A stretch of 64,000 bases of DNA from Leptolyngbyaceae cyanobacterium (GTDB lineage: Bacteria > Cyanobacteriota > Cyanobacteriia > Phormidesmidales > Phormidesmidaceae). The notes under the pieces were generated by a model. The model saw only the letters and a list, made by a program, of their open reading frames with translations. It searched no databases and was not told the origin of the DNA. Positions 24,701 through 33,161 of this stretch are shown in pieces. Every line of letters starts with the position of its first letter. The first letter of the stretch is position 1. Position numbers and translations under genes: made by a program. The stretch spans positions 2,240,001 to 2,304,000 of the forward strand of contig CBDHHL010000032.1 in the NCBI GenBank assembly GCA_965263355.1. Direction: 5' to 3'.

Positions 24701-27500
24701 GGATTGTATTTTTGTATCCCTAGGTTCAGGGTATCAACAGCTCGATGCCCAGCATTATCAACTTGACCCTACTCAACCTGATAATTTTCAGCGGTTGTTA
24801 CAAGATATTCTCACTCCCTCTATTTCTTTACGGGGGATTGTCCATTTATGGGGAGTCATTCCCACCGCTTTAACGACTACCCAAGCTGTAGAAGACTCTC
24901 AAGTCTTAGGCTGTGCCTCAGGATTACACCTGGTACAGGCCCTGTCTAAGTTTCAGTCACGACTTCAGAGTCAATCGAAAATGCCAACTCTGTGGCTAGT
25001 AACCCAGGGAGCACAAACCCTTGAAAAGGATACAACTACATCAATACAGTTTCACCAAACCTCTCTTTGGGGGCTAGGACGAGTTATTGCCCTAGAACAC
25101 CCTGAGCTTCAGTGTCGGTGTGTTGATTTAGAATTTACCCCTGACCATACAACCTTGGCATCGAACGTTGTTCGACAACTTGCCCAGGACCTGATTGAGT
25201 CGGACGCCGAAAACCAGATTGCTTATCGTCAAGACAAGCGATACGTAGCTCGGTTATCTGCTTATCGGAGTTCTCAGTCTGAGCAGGTTTCTGACGCTGA
25301 AATATCTGACGCTGAAACAGTGGGTTTGCCCATTCCATCAGGGCATTCTTTTCAGCTCAAGTTAAAAGAATACGGTCTTTTAGACCATCTAAGGTTACAG
25401 GCAAATGAGCGTCGTATCCCAAATGCCAATGAAATCGAAATTCAGGTAGCTGCAGTAGGGCTTAACTTTCGAGATGTGTTAAATGTCTTGGGCCTGCTCA
25501 AAGAGTATTATGCTGAAAACTTAGGAATTACCCAGGCAAATCAACTCACCTTTGGATTTGAATGTGCGGGTATCGTTGTGGCTGTGGGTGATCAAGTTTC
25601 CTGTTATCAAGTGGGTGATGAAGTCATCGCGACCATGCTGATGGATGGGGCCAGCCGATTTGTAACCACCCGCACAGAGTTTGTGATACCCAAACCAAAG
25701 CACCTAAATTTTGTCGAAGCGGCCACACTGCCGCTGGCATTTTTGACGGCCAATTATGGATTAAACCACCTGGCCAAACTAAAATCAGGGGAACGGGTTT
25801 TAATTCATGCAGCAGCTGGTGGGGTGGGGCAAGCAGCTGTTCAAATTGCTCAAAAAGTAGGGGCAGAAATTTTTGCAACGGCCAGCCCAGGTAAGTGGGA
25901 CTTTTTGAGTTCCCAAGGCATCACCCACATTATGAATTCTCGCACCTTAAACTTTGCTGATGAGGTGATGAGGCTTACAGACGGCCAAGGTGTAGATGTC
26001 GTCCTCAATAGCCTCAATGGTGAGGTGATTGATAAAAGCTTTGCTGTTCTTGCTAAGGGCGGGCGATTTGTTGAGTTAGGCAAAATCGGCATCTGGGAAC
26101 AGCAGGAGGTAAAACAGAGACGGCCTGATGTTCAATATTCTCCATTTGATTTAGGGGAAGTGACTCGGGCAAATCCCACATTAATGTGTCAGCTTTGGTC
26201 CCAATTGGGCCATCAGTTTGAGCAAGAAAATTTTCAGCCGCTTCCTCACCGGGTTTTTTCGATTCAAAACAGTATTGATGCCTTTCGCTATATGCAGCAG
26301 GCGAAGCACATTGGCAAGGTGGTGCTGACGTTGCCCGTGATGCATCATCTGCCCATGGATGAAAAACTAAGTGAGATGCCCAGTATTGTCCCCTATGGCA
26401 GTTACTTAATCACGGGTGGTTTAGGAGCCCTGGGTATTCAAATGGCTCAATGGTTGATAGATCAGGGAGCACAGCAGCTTATTCTCACGGGGCGGCGTCC
26501 CCCCTCAGCTCAGGTCCAAAAAACAATAGAACAGCTAAAAGAAAACGGTGCTCAAGTTTCTGTGGTATTGGGTGATATTTCTCAACAACAGCAGGCTACT
26601 CACCTGTTTGATCAGATTTCGACATTGTCGCCGTTAAAGGGCGTGATTCATGCAGCGGGTATTTTAGACGATGGGTTGTTATCTCAACTTACCTGGGAAC
26701 GGTTTGCGCGAGTGATGGCTCCAAAGATATCTGGAGCTTGGAATTTACACCAATTGACCCAGGCATATTCCCTAGACTTTTTTGTTTGTTTCTCTTCAAT
26801 GGCGTCTCTTTTAGGTTCACCAGGGCAAGGAAACTATGCGGCAGCTAATGCGTTTATGGATGGTCTGATGCAATATCGTCGCTCCATGGGGTTACCTGGA
26901 ATGAGTATTAATTGGGGCCCCTGGTCTAACTCGGGTATGGCAGCTAATCTCAAGGCAAATGCTCAAGAGCGTTTGGCGGCACGAGGTATCTATGGGCTAG
27001 AACTACAGCAATGCTTTAAAGCATTGAATACATTGCTTTTCCAACAACAAAAATCTCAGGAAGTTTCTCAGGTGGGTGTTTTTTCGGTGGATTGGTTCCA
27101 GTTTATAGCTCAGTTACCTCGGACTGGAGTAATGCCAATTTTACATGACTTGCAGTCGGCCATAGCAGACAATCCCCAAAAGAAAGCGCCCCAATGGTTA
27201 GATCAGTTAAAGATGATGCCAATTATTGAGCGTCGTACCTATTTAATCGATCATCTGCGATCGCAAATGGCCGACATCCTAGGGTTCAGCACCCCCGATG
27301 ACATTGATCTCAATCAACCCCTGGCCGATTTGGGTGTGGATTCTTTAATGGCCGTTGAACTAGCTAATCAATTGGAGCAAAATTTAGGGCCAACTATTCC
27401 GTCCAGTTTTCTATTTGAGCATCCCACATTAGAGGAGTTAGTGAGCTATTTGATCGAGCATATGCCGGGTATTGAATTCTCCACGGTAACGGAAACCTAG
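18744..27500 (+). CDS. Type I PKS: FAAL-ACP-KS-AT-DH-ER-KR-ACP
   Basis: FAAL YTSGSTG; ACP GLDSL; KS DTACSSS, HGTGT, NIGH; AT GHSVG and HAFHS (malonyl type); DH HRVFEQTLLP and LDASFQ; ER HAAAGGVG; KR GGLGALG, LDD, YAAAN; ACP GVDSL. No TE or R domain. Confidence 0.95.
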   Translation: MLNSSINNFIDLLEFRAESCPDKTVYTFLKDGEVEDTSLTYKNLNQRAKAIATQLHSHCSVGDRALLLYPAGLDFIAAFFGCLYAGVIAVPVYPPRRNQSLLRLKTIAQDCQATVALTTAATLATVKRWWDTDPISSQLNWLATDALEICSGLDTYAPITPETLAFLQYTSGSTGTPKGVMVSHGNLIQNCSIICTCFQNRSEHVGVSWLPFHHDMGLIGGLLESIYSGGSMILMAPAAFLQKPVRWLKAISRYQAVTSGGPNFAYDLCTQTIKPEQLDDLDLHSWTLAFTGAEPVRVETLERFSQIFTGCGFRRNAFYPCYGMAETTLLVTGGTRAEKPIIHTVDRTALKQNQVVESSLSAEGKTLVSCGRSWLDQNVIIVEPDLLTRCEPDKIGEIWVAGASVACGYWQQPEQTYQTFQAHLADTGEGPFLRTGDLGFLRDGELFVTGRLKDVMIIRGRNHYPQDIELTVETAHGALQANAGAAFTVEQSAVEHLVIVQEVKRLQLRNLQPDEIIWAIRKAISEHHELQVSTICLLKPGSLPKTSSGKVQRQLCRTRFETNSLATVAQWSRDALSETDAVTKQEFLDISGLQGLEKVQALETWLVNRIAQQAQILSAEVDRHCPLVSYGLDSLQVIEMSTELEALLGQPVSPTIVYDYPTITALAQQLGLGPQMANLSSPSLPHGKQVRHGEEIAIIGLGCRFPGANTPDAFWQLLHEGRDAIAEVPLSRWDSSHLGSLLTDQPIAHWGGFLQHIDQFDPQFFGISPREAASMDPQQRLLLEVCWEALENAGQSPERLSGSQSGVFLGISNGDYSRLQSNHLSTNVYYGTGNAFSIAANRLSYLMDWHGPSWVVDTACSSSLVAVHQACQSLQAGECNLAVAGGVNLILSPQLTVTFSQAQMMALDGRCKTFDADADGYVRGEGCGLVVLKRLSEAVEAGDQILAVIKGSAVNQDGRSNGLTAPNGLAQQQVIRQALENAGINATQVSYLETHGTGTVLGDPIEVNALKAIFADKQQRGFPCWLGSVKTNIGHLEPAAGIAGLIKVVLSLQHGEIPPHLHLKQVNPYIQLQDTPLQIPIKGQAWTVGEQPRIAGVSSFGFGGTNAHVIVADANTSPQDIPQDISQDISQDRSHQLFTLSAKNETALQGLVKRYQMYLMQSSAASLTDICFTANTGRAHFDHRLAILTSSKLKLEQQLNAITSGQNTVNNHTSGIYKGYQENYQPFKVAFLFTGQGSQYVNMGRQLYETEPVFRDALNQCIDLLGKEGLSLLTVLYPEQGSREESSPSLDQTAYTQPALFAIEYALTQLWQSWGIKPDIVLGHSVGEYVAACVAGVFSLEAGLTLIAARGRLMQALPAGGKMLSLLATITDVEQWIEPYGDEVAIAAINGPQSIVISGAEQAIQAIERDLKAIGIKAKVLQVSHAFHSPLMAPMMSAFETIAQNITYTPPKIPIISCVTGQLANSDMATPNYWVRHVEQPVNFLGGMTQLQALGYNVFLEIGPKSLLLGMGKKILSNQGELEGITNKQPHWLPSLRPGQDNWQQILQSLAHLYVNGATIDWVGFEQNPTQHKVSLPTYPFQRQRYWLENDPNPESYLSLNYLVANQGQSQSFKHHPLVGQRFHSPLQSIQFQSQLSPQQPGYLTHHRVFEQTLLPAAAYLEMALAASNQVSSSQLMQLTEVTIQRGLILPEGTSVTVQTILTPEVSGSYQFEIFSLTQNQAERNGSLSQTTSTTRTQLQADSSWISHAKGVIKPLKDSDIAPSQIDLETSKANFSKSIPVQDYYQQLYQWGLDYGESFQAVQSLWTEAHQVLGEIWLPESLIRDNAIYQLHPVVLDASFQILAAAIGTTHAQDTYLPTGVTRFQIIQPVPEKVWALGSILESETASPQTLTGNIRLYDATGALVGYIEGLTLARTNRQVLMHYLQPENSSNLSPDLYEINWQLAPLPYQVELATPVPKKAGTWLIFAQPTDLRAQLAKLLQQQEQDCIFVSLGSGYQQLDAQHYQLDPTQPDNFQRLLQDILTPSISLRGIVHLWGVIPTALTTTQAVEDSQVLGCASGLHLVQALSKFQSRLQSQSKMPTLWLVTQGAQTLEKDTTTSIQFHQTSLWGLGRVIALEHPELQCRCVDLEFTPDHTTLASNVVRQLAQDLIESDAENQIAYRQDKRYVARLSAYRSSQSEQVSDAEISDAETVGLPIPSGHSFQLKLKEYGLLDHLRLQANERRIPNANEIEIQVAAVGLNFRDVLNVLGLLKEYYAENLGITQANQLTFGFECAGIVVAVGDQVSCYQVGDEVIATMLMDGASRFVTTRTEFVIPKPKHLNFVEAATLPLAFLTANYGLNHLAKLKSGERVLIHAAAGGVGQAAVQIAQKVGAEIFATASPGKWDFLSSQGITHIMNSRTLNFADEVMRLTDGQGVDVVLNSLNGEVIDKSFAVLAKGGRFVELGKIGIWEQQEVKQRRPDVQYSPFDLGEVTRANPTLMCQLWSQLGHQFEQENFQPLPHRVFSIQNSIDAFRYMQQAKHIGKVVLTLPVMHHLPMDEKLSEMPSIVPYGSYLITGGLGALGIQMAQWLIDQGAQQLILTGRRPPSAQVQKTIEQLKENGAQVSVVLGDISQQQQATHLFDQISTLSPLKGVIHAAGILDDGLLSQLTWERFARVMAPKISGAWNLHQLTQAYSLDFFVCFSSMASLLGSPGQGNYAAANAFMDGLMQYRRSMGLPGMSINWGPWSNSGMAANLKANAQERLAARGIYGLELQQCFKALNTLLFQQQKSQEVSQVGVFSVDWFQFIAQLPRTGVMPILHDLQSAIADNPQKKAPQWLDQLKMMPIIERRTYLIDHLRSQMADILGFSTPDDIDLNQPLADLGVDSLMAVELANQLEQNLGPTIPSSFLFEHPTLEELVSYLIEHMPGIEFSTVTET
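22095..22139 (+). repeat. In-frame 12-bp tandem repeat in the KS-AT linker
   Basis: ccacaagatatt x2, tcacaagatatt, tcccaggac; encodes PQDIPQDISQDISQD. Confidence 0.7.
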
Positions 27501-27588
27501 AAGGTAGACTCGCAACAGCTCAAGGCTAATGAACAACTGAAAAACGTTCTGAATTGATACCTGAATTTACAAGAGTGAGAAATCTTTA

Positions 27589-28698
27589 ATGGCAAATACT
27601 ATAAACATTGCAATTGTGGGTGTTGGCAACTGTGCGAGTGCCTTAATTCAAGGGCTGGCCCATTACCGTGAGACCGCTCACCAGCAGCAACCAGTGGGAC
27701 TGATGAATCTGGATTTAGGCGGTTATACCGCAGCTGATATTCAGGTGGTGGCGGCTTTTGATATTGATCAACGGAAGGTGGGTCAGGATGTTGCGATCGC
27801 AGCTTTCTCCCCCCCCAACTGCACCACTCAGTTTTATCCTGAGCTTAAACCTATGGGGGTAACGGTTAATATGGGGTGTATTCTGGATGGATTATCGGAT
27901 CACCTGCAGGACTATCCAGAAGAACATCGTTTTGTTCCCAGCGATCAACCGGAAGCATCTAAACAAGAGATCATCGAGATTCTTAAAACATCTAAAACAG
28001 ATCTCATCATCAACTATCTGCCTGTAGGCTCTGAAAAAGCAACTCAATTCTATGTTGAATGTGCTCTGGACGCTCAAGTTGGTTTTATAAACTGCATTCC
28101 AGTCTTTATTGCTAGTGACCCGATTTGGGCTAACAAATTTAGTAATGCCCATCTGCCCATCATCGGCGATGATATCAAATCACAGTTAGGGGCAACGATT
28201 ACCCATCGAGTGCTGTCTGATCTGTTTAAGCAGCGAGGGGTAAAAATTGAACGGACCTACCAGCTGAATACAGGGGGCAATACTGATTTCCTGAATATGC
28301 TTAATCGAGAGCGATTAGCGACCAAGAAAATTTCTAAAACTGAAGCGGTGCAATCAGCCTTAACCGAACGTCTGGATGCTGAAAATATCCATGTGGGTCC
28401 CAGCGACTATGTGCCCTGGCAAAAGGACAATAAAGTTTGTTTTATTCGAATTGAGGGCAAATTATTTGGAGATGTCCCCATGAATTTAGAGCTACGGCTA
28501 TCGGTTGAAGACTCGCCCAATTCTGCCGGTGTGGTGATCGATGCGATTCGCTGCTGCAAACTAGCCCTAGATCGAAAAATAGGTGGACCATTATGGTCAC
28601 CCTCTGCCTATTTTATGAAGCACCCGCCAAAACAACTTACAGAAGACGATGCCAATACGATGACAAAGAAATTTATTGCTGGTTCCGTTGAACGTTAA
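27589..28698 (+). CDS. ino1: myo-Inositol-3-phosphate (1-phosphate) synthase
   Basis: VGVGNCAS, NYLPVGS, GDDIKSQLGAT, QLNTGGNTDF and EDSPNSAG. Confidence 0.93.
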   Translation: MANTINIAIVGVGNCASALIQGLAHYRETAHQQQPVGLMNLDLGGYTAADIQVVAAFDIDQRKVGQDVAIAAFSPPNCTTQFYPELKPMGVTVNMGCILDGLSDHLQDYPEEHRFVPSDQPEASKQEIIEILKTSKTDLIINYLPVGSEKATQFYVECALDAQVGFINCIPVFIASDPIWANKFSNAHLPIIGDDIKSQLGATITHRVLSDLFKQRGVKIERTYQLNTGGNTDFLNMLNRERLATKKISKTEAVQSALTERLDAENIHVGPSDYVPWQKDNKVCFIRIEGKLFGDVPMNLELRLSVEDSPNSAGVVIDAIRCCKLALDRKIGGPLWSPSAYFMKHPPKQLTEDDANTMTKKFIAGSVER

Positions 28699-28765
28699 TG
28701 TTTTAAGCCACAAGAACAGAAATAGATTTCCATTGACGCATCTGTAGTTTCTGTGAATAGATAAC

Positions 28766-30541
28766 ATGCGTGATAGGACAGTAACATTAGCAACTGGTTT
28801 ACAGGTAAATACTCTGGTTGACCTATCACAGTACAGAGCTTTACATCAGCCCAATAAAGTTGCTTACACATTTTTACTAGATGGCGAGACACATGCCATT
28901 AGCTTGACTTATCAGGAGTTGGATCAACAAGCACAAAGTATCGCCGCTCGTCTGCAACATTGCGGTTCCCCTGGTGATCGGGTATTACTCCTATATTCCC
29001 CTGGGTTAGAGTACATCGCGGCTTTTTTCGGCTGTCTCTATGCAGGTATGATTGCCGTTCCAGCATATTTGCCTAGACCCAACCGGTCGCTTGAAACATT
29101 AGCCGCTATTACTGCTGATGCTCAAGTGACCATAGTTTTAACCACTGAGAAAACCGTTGCCAACTTAAAGCGATATAATCTACAGTCATTTGTTCTATCT
29201 ACTTGTGAATGGATAACCACTGATACCATTAATGGTGCCGATCAGTTCTGGGAACCTTGCAAAAATTCTCCTGATACCCTGGCATTACTGCAATATACTT
29301 CTGGCTCAACATCGACACCTAAGGGGGTAATGATTACCCACCAAAATTTGCTGCATAATTTAGGAGTAATTTCTAAGGGGTTTGACACAACCCCCCAGAG
29401 TAAAGGCATCATATGGTTGCCCCCGTATCATGACATGGGTCTCATTGGAGGAATTTTACAACCTTTATATGGTGGTTTTCCGGTTATCTTGATGTCTCCT
29501 CTAATGTTTTTACAAAGCCCCTTTCGCTGGTTACAATCAATTTCTCACCATCGGGGCACCATCAGTGGTGGTCCAAATTTTGCCTATGATTTGTGCGTTA
29601 AGAAAATCACCCCAGAGCAACGTGATAGTTTGGACTTGAGCTGTTGGGATGTGGCTTTTAATGGAGCCGAACCTATTTCCCCTCAAGTCCTCAAAGATTT
29701 CGCGGAGATGTTTGGCCCCTGCGGCTTTCGGCTAGAAGCATTTTATCCCTGTTATGGGTTAGCTGAAGCTACACTAATGGTTTCCGGTGGTAACAAAAAG
29801 ACTCCACCTATGGTCAAATCTTTTTCTAACTTCTCTTTAAGTCAATCTCACATTTCATCAGAAGCTGTATCTAAAGAGGCATCGATTGCCCTAGTCAGTT
29901 GTGGTCGAGTCTCTTCCCAACGGATTCGAATTGTAGATCCTCAAACTCATCAAACTTGTTTAGCCGGGGAAGTGGGTGAAATTTGGTTGTCTGGCCCCAG
30001 TATTGCTCAAGGGTACTGGCAAAAATCAGAGGAAACAATGCGAACTTTCAGGGCTTATCTGGCTGATACGGGACAGGGACCTTTTTTAAGAACGGGGGAT
30101 TTAGGATTGCTGGATCGGGATGAGCTTTTTGTAACAGGTCGTCTCAAAGACTTAATTATTCTCCATGGCTGTAACCACTATCCGCAAGATATTGAACGTA
30201 CCATCGAGGCCTATGTCCCTGTCATTAGACCCCATAGTTCAGCGGCCTTTTCTGTGGAAGTAGATGGAATCGAAAAATTGATATTGGTGGCTGAATTAGA
30301 GCGTAGATACTGGCAGCTTTGGAAAAAAGCAAATGACAATACTCCTACCAGCACAGCCAATGACACCGACTCAGATCTTCAGAGATTTACCCAGAATCTA
30401 AAAAACACGGTAACAAGAGAGCATTCGTTAAATCCTGAAATCGTCCTGCTATTAAAACCTGGCAGTTTGCCCAAGACCTCAAGTGGCAAGGTACAACGCT
30501 ATCTTTGCCGAGAACGTTTTCTAGCTGGAGCGCTAAAATAG
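28766..30541 (+). CDS. Fatty acyl-AMP ligase (second stand-alone FAAL)
   Basis: YTSGSTSTPKG, WLPPYHDMGL, YGLAE, LRTGDLG and PKTSSGK. Confidence 0.92.
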   Translation: MRDRTVTLATGLQVNTLVDLSQYRALHQPNKVAYTFLLDGETHAISLTYQELDQQAQSIAARLQHCGSPGDRVLLLYSPGLEYIAAFFGCLYAGMIAVPAYLPRPNRSLETLAAITADAQVTIVLTTEKTVANLKRYNLQSFVLSTCEWITTDTINGADQFWEPCKNSPDTLALLQYTSGSTSTPKGVMITHQNLLHNLGVISKGFDTTPQSKGIIWLPPYHDMGLIGGILQPLYGGFPVILMSPLMFLQSPFRWLQSISHHRGTISGGPNFAYDLCVKKITPEQRDSLDLSCWDVAFNGAEPISPQVLKDFAEMFGPCGFRLEAFYPCYGLAEATLMVSGGNKKTPPMVKSFSNFSLSQSHISSEAVSKEASIALVSCGRVSSQRIRIVDPQTHQTCLAGEVGEIWLSGPSIAQGYWQKSEETMRTFRAYLADTGQGPFLRTGDLGLLDRDELFVTGRLKDLIILHGCNHYPQDIERTIEAYVPVIRPHSSAAFSVEVDGIEKLILVAELERRYWQLWKKANDNTPTSTANDTDSDLQRFTQNLKNTVTREHSLNPEIVLLLKPGSLPKTSSGKVQRYLCRERFLAGALK

Positions 30542-30582
30542 CATTCTATTTCCCTTTACCCTATCAATTCTTTAAGTGAAAT

Positions 30583-31281
30583 TTAAAGGTAACTATTAGC
30601 AGCAGAGGCAACAAAGATTGGCAATATGCTAATCACTATAAATAAGGCGATCCAGCTATTCAAACCAATCTTCAGATGATTAAAAATATAATTTAGGTAA
30701 GGATTGAACCAACCACTCATAATACAAAAATTAGTACTAAACGGAGGTTTATGATGGATACCGTGTTCAGATGAGTTAAGAATAATATGGGCTTTCTTCA
30801 AAAGTGGCAGTGGATAATAAAGTGTGGTTTTAGGTAAATGAGCCCAACGATGGCTCATTTGCATGGCATGCAACATAAAAGCAACGGTAATATACAGTGT
30901 ATGGTGGGCTGGAGTATTGAAAATCGAAACTAACGGGTATACCAACGTTAGGGGCAAATGCATAACGTAGAGGTGTTTATAGAGACTCATCTCATAAATA
31001 TGATTAGGATTCTCATGATGGCTTTGAAAACCTTTAGCCAGGGAACAAATCAAAGGAATTTCTAGAGATTTTTCATCATCTAAAATCAGATGTAATAATC
31101 CACTAATAATATCAGTATAAAAATAAACAAAGATAATAATACAACCCACAAGTCTAAAGCTTGGAGGTGACTGGTAAAGTTTGAATAGTGAGAAAGACAA
31201 AAATAAACTTACCAGGACTGTAAATTTTATATCGTGACCTAGTTGAATTTTCATCTGTTTCTTCCGTATTTTTTTTTGCAA
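30583..31281 (-). CDS. CarF/TMEM189(PEDS1)/FAD4-family lipid desaturase
   Basis: His pattern SGLLH..FQSHH..SHRWAH..HGIHH, then NFCIMSGWFN. Likely ATG start at 31254. Confidence 0.8.
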   Translation of the reverse strand: MQKKIRKKQMKIQLGHDIKFTVLVSLFLSFSLFKLYQSPPSFRLVGCIIIFVYFYTDIISGLLHLILDDEKSLEIPLICSLAKGFQSHHENPNHIYEMSLYKHLYVMHLPLTLVYPLVSIFNTPAHHTLYITVAFMLHAMQMSHRWAHLPKTTLYYPLPLLKKAHIILNSSEHGIHHKPPFSTNFCIMSGWFNPYLNYIFNHLKIGLNSWIALFIVISILPIFVASAANSYL

Positions 31282-31298
31282 GCTCTAGGGTTTATTAG

Positions 31299-33092
31299 AT
31301 GCCTTTATTGACTCAATATTTTTCGGCTCAAGCTCTTGAACGTTACTTGGGTGATCCAATGAACCCAAAGCAAGAATTCTCGTTCAAAAAAAGCGTTGAG
31401 TTAGATGAACAGGAAGCTTACCCCACAGAGTTTTGTGATTTCCTTCACGAATGGAATGTTAGTGAATATTATATTCCACATCACTATGGTGGCAAGCTCA
31501 CATCCTTTGAAGAAATGTTAGCAATTGCCAGGGTAATTGCCCGCCGAGATTTAACGGTCACCATCGCCCATGGAGTCACCTATTTGGGCTCAGCAGTTGT
31601 GTGGGTAGGTGGTAACGATTTACAAAAAAAGCGACTGGCCACCAGGATCAAACAAGGACAAAAAGTAGCGTTTGGATTAACGGAAAAAAGTCATGGTAGT
31701 GATATTTTAGCGAGTGAAACCTTAGCCCAAAAGGTTGATCAAGGCTACGTCCTATCAGGAGAAAAGTGGCTGATTGGCAATGCTACCCATAGTGATGTCA
31801 TTGTCATCTTTGCTCGTACTAATCCTAAGGGTGGGCCAAGAGGTTTTTCTTGGTTTTTAATTGAAAAAGACCGTTTAGAGCCAGGTTCCTATACCCACTT
31901 ACCCAAAATCAAAACCCATGGACTAAGGGGGGCTGATATTAGCGGAATTTGTTTCCACAATTGTTTTGTATCTGATGACGCCTTAGTGGGGACTGCTGGT
32001 TCGGGGTTAGAGCTGGCTTTAAAGGCCTTACAAATTACCCGCACTCTCCATGCTGGGGCTGCTCCTTCTCTTGGTCAAGCTGATACAGCGCTACGAGTAA
32101 CATTAAATTTTGCCTTGTCTCGTCAGTTATATGGTCAATCTCTATGGGAGATGCCAAATGTGACCGATACTTTGGCAAATGCCTTTTTAGATATTTTGAT
32201 GTGTGAGTGTCTCTCAATTACCGCTGTCAGATCCTTACACACGAGTCCTGATCAAATGAGTCTACTTTCTGCTGTTGTTAAATATTTTGTTCCAGATCGG
32301 GTAGAATTACTGATTAATAATTTATCGGCTGTATTAGGCGCACGTTACTATTTGAGGGAAGAACACTGTTGGGGTATTTTCCAAAAAATTGTCAGAGACC
32401 ATGCCATCGTCAGTGTATTTGATGGTAGTGCAGCCGTTAACTTGAATAGTATTGTTTTACAATTGCATCAATTGGCTAGTTGTCGAGCAACTATTCGAGA
32501 AGATATTGATAACACAATTCATTCCTATCTTGATGCTACATATAATTTAACTAACACTCTGCCACACTTTAAGCCTCAACAACTAGAACTATACAATCGA
32601 GGTTTTGATTATACGCTTCAGGGAGTTAACATTGCACTGGATCACCTATTGACATTGAAATCAACTGAGGATTTAGAGGCCAGTGTCCTGAATAACATTA
32701 TTACACTTACCCAAAAACTGATAAACAAAATTCAGCAGCAGGATGCTCTAATCCTTGACTTAGGTGGACAATACATTGCTAAGTTAGGTAAATCTTCTGA
32801 TTTATTTGAGTTAGCAAAATATTACTGTATTTTTCATGTGGCAGTAACCTGTGTATTGATCTGGGTATATAACCGACAGAACTTAGGTGGTTTTTTCGCT
32901 CGGGGAGAATGGTTAGTTCTCTGTCTTAAACGACTGCTCAAAGATATCCGTTGTGAGAATATCTATCATGAGAAAGTCTTTGATCCTGATATTGATACTG
33001 AGAAAGCCTATTTTAGGAAGATTTGTGAGGAAGTACTGCGACTCCACAGGAATGGGCAACTGTTTTCTATCATCTCTTTGCAGTTAGGATAA
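31299..33092 (+). CDS. Acyl-CoA/acyl-ACP dehydrogenase (biosynthetic-cluster type)
   Basis: FGLTEKSHGSD, SGEKWLIGNA, RQLYG and VFDGS. Confidence 0.88.
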   Translation: MPLLTQYFSAQALERYLGDPMNPKQEFSFKKSVELDEQEAYPTEFCDFLHEWNVSEYYIPHHYGGKLTSFEEMLAIARVIARRDLTVTIAHGVTYLGSAVVWVGGNDLQKKRLATRIKQGQKVAFGLTEKSHGSDILASETLAQKVDQGYVLSGEKWLIGNATHSDVIVIFARTNPKGGPRGFSWFLIEKDRLEPGSYTHLPKIKTHGLRGADISGICFHNCFVSDDALVGTAGSGLELALKALQITRTLHAGAAPSLGQADTALRVTLNFALSRQLYGQSLWEMPNVTDTLANAFLDILMCECLSITAVRSLHTSPDQMSLLSAVVKYFVPDRVELLINNLSAVLGARYYLREEHCWGIFQKIVRDHAIVSVFDGSAAVNLNSIVLQLHQLASCRATIREDIDNTIHSYLDATYNLTNTLPHFKPQQLELYNRGFDYTLQGVNIALDHLLTLKSTEDLEASVLNNIITLTQKLINKIQQQDALILDLGGQYIAKLGKSSDLFELAKYYCIFHVAVTCVLIWVYNRQNLGGFFARGEWLVLCLKRLLKDIRCENIYHEKVFDPDIDTEKAYFRKICEEVLRLHRNGQLFSIISLQLG

Positions 33093-33161
33093 GGTTTTTA
33101 GTGAATGCCTATAGTTAGATGCCTGTAGTTAGATAATTAGTAGTTAGGTAGTTTAATAACC

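Noticed and set aside
18744..27500. Olefin synthase (ols) or heterocyst glycolipid (hgl/pfa) synthase
   Set aside because: No sulfotransferase-thioesterase end, no tandem ACPs, no chain-length factor and no terminal reductase.
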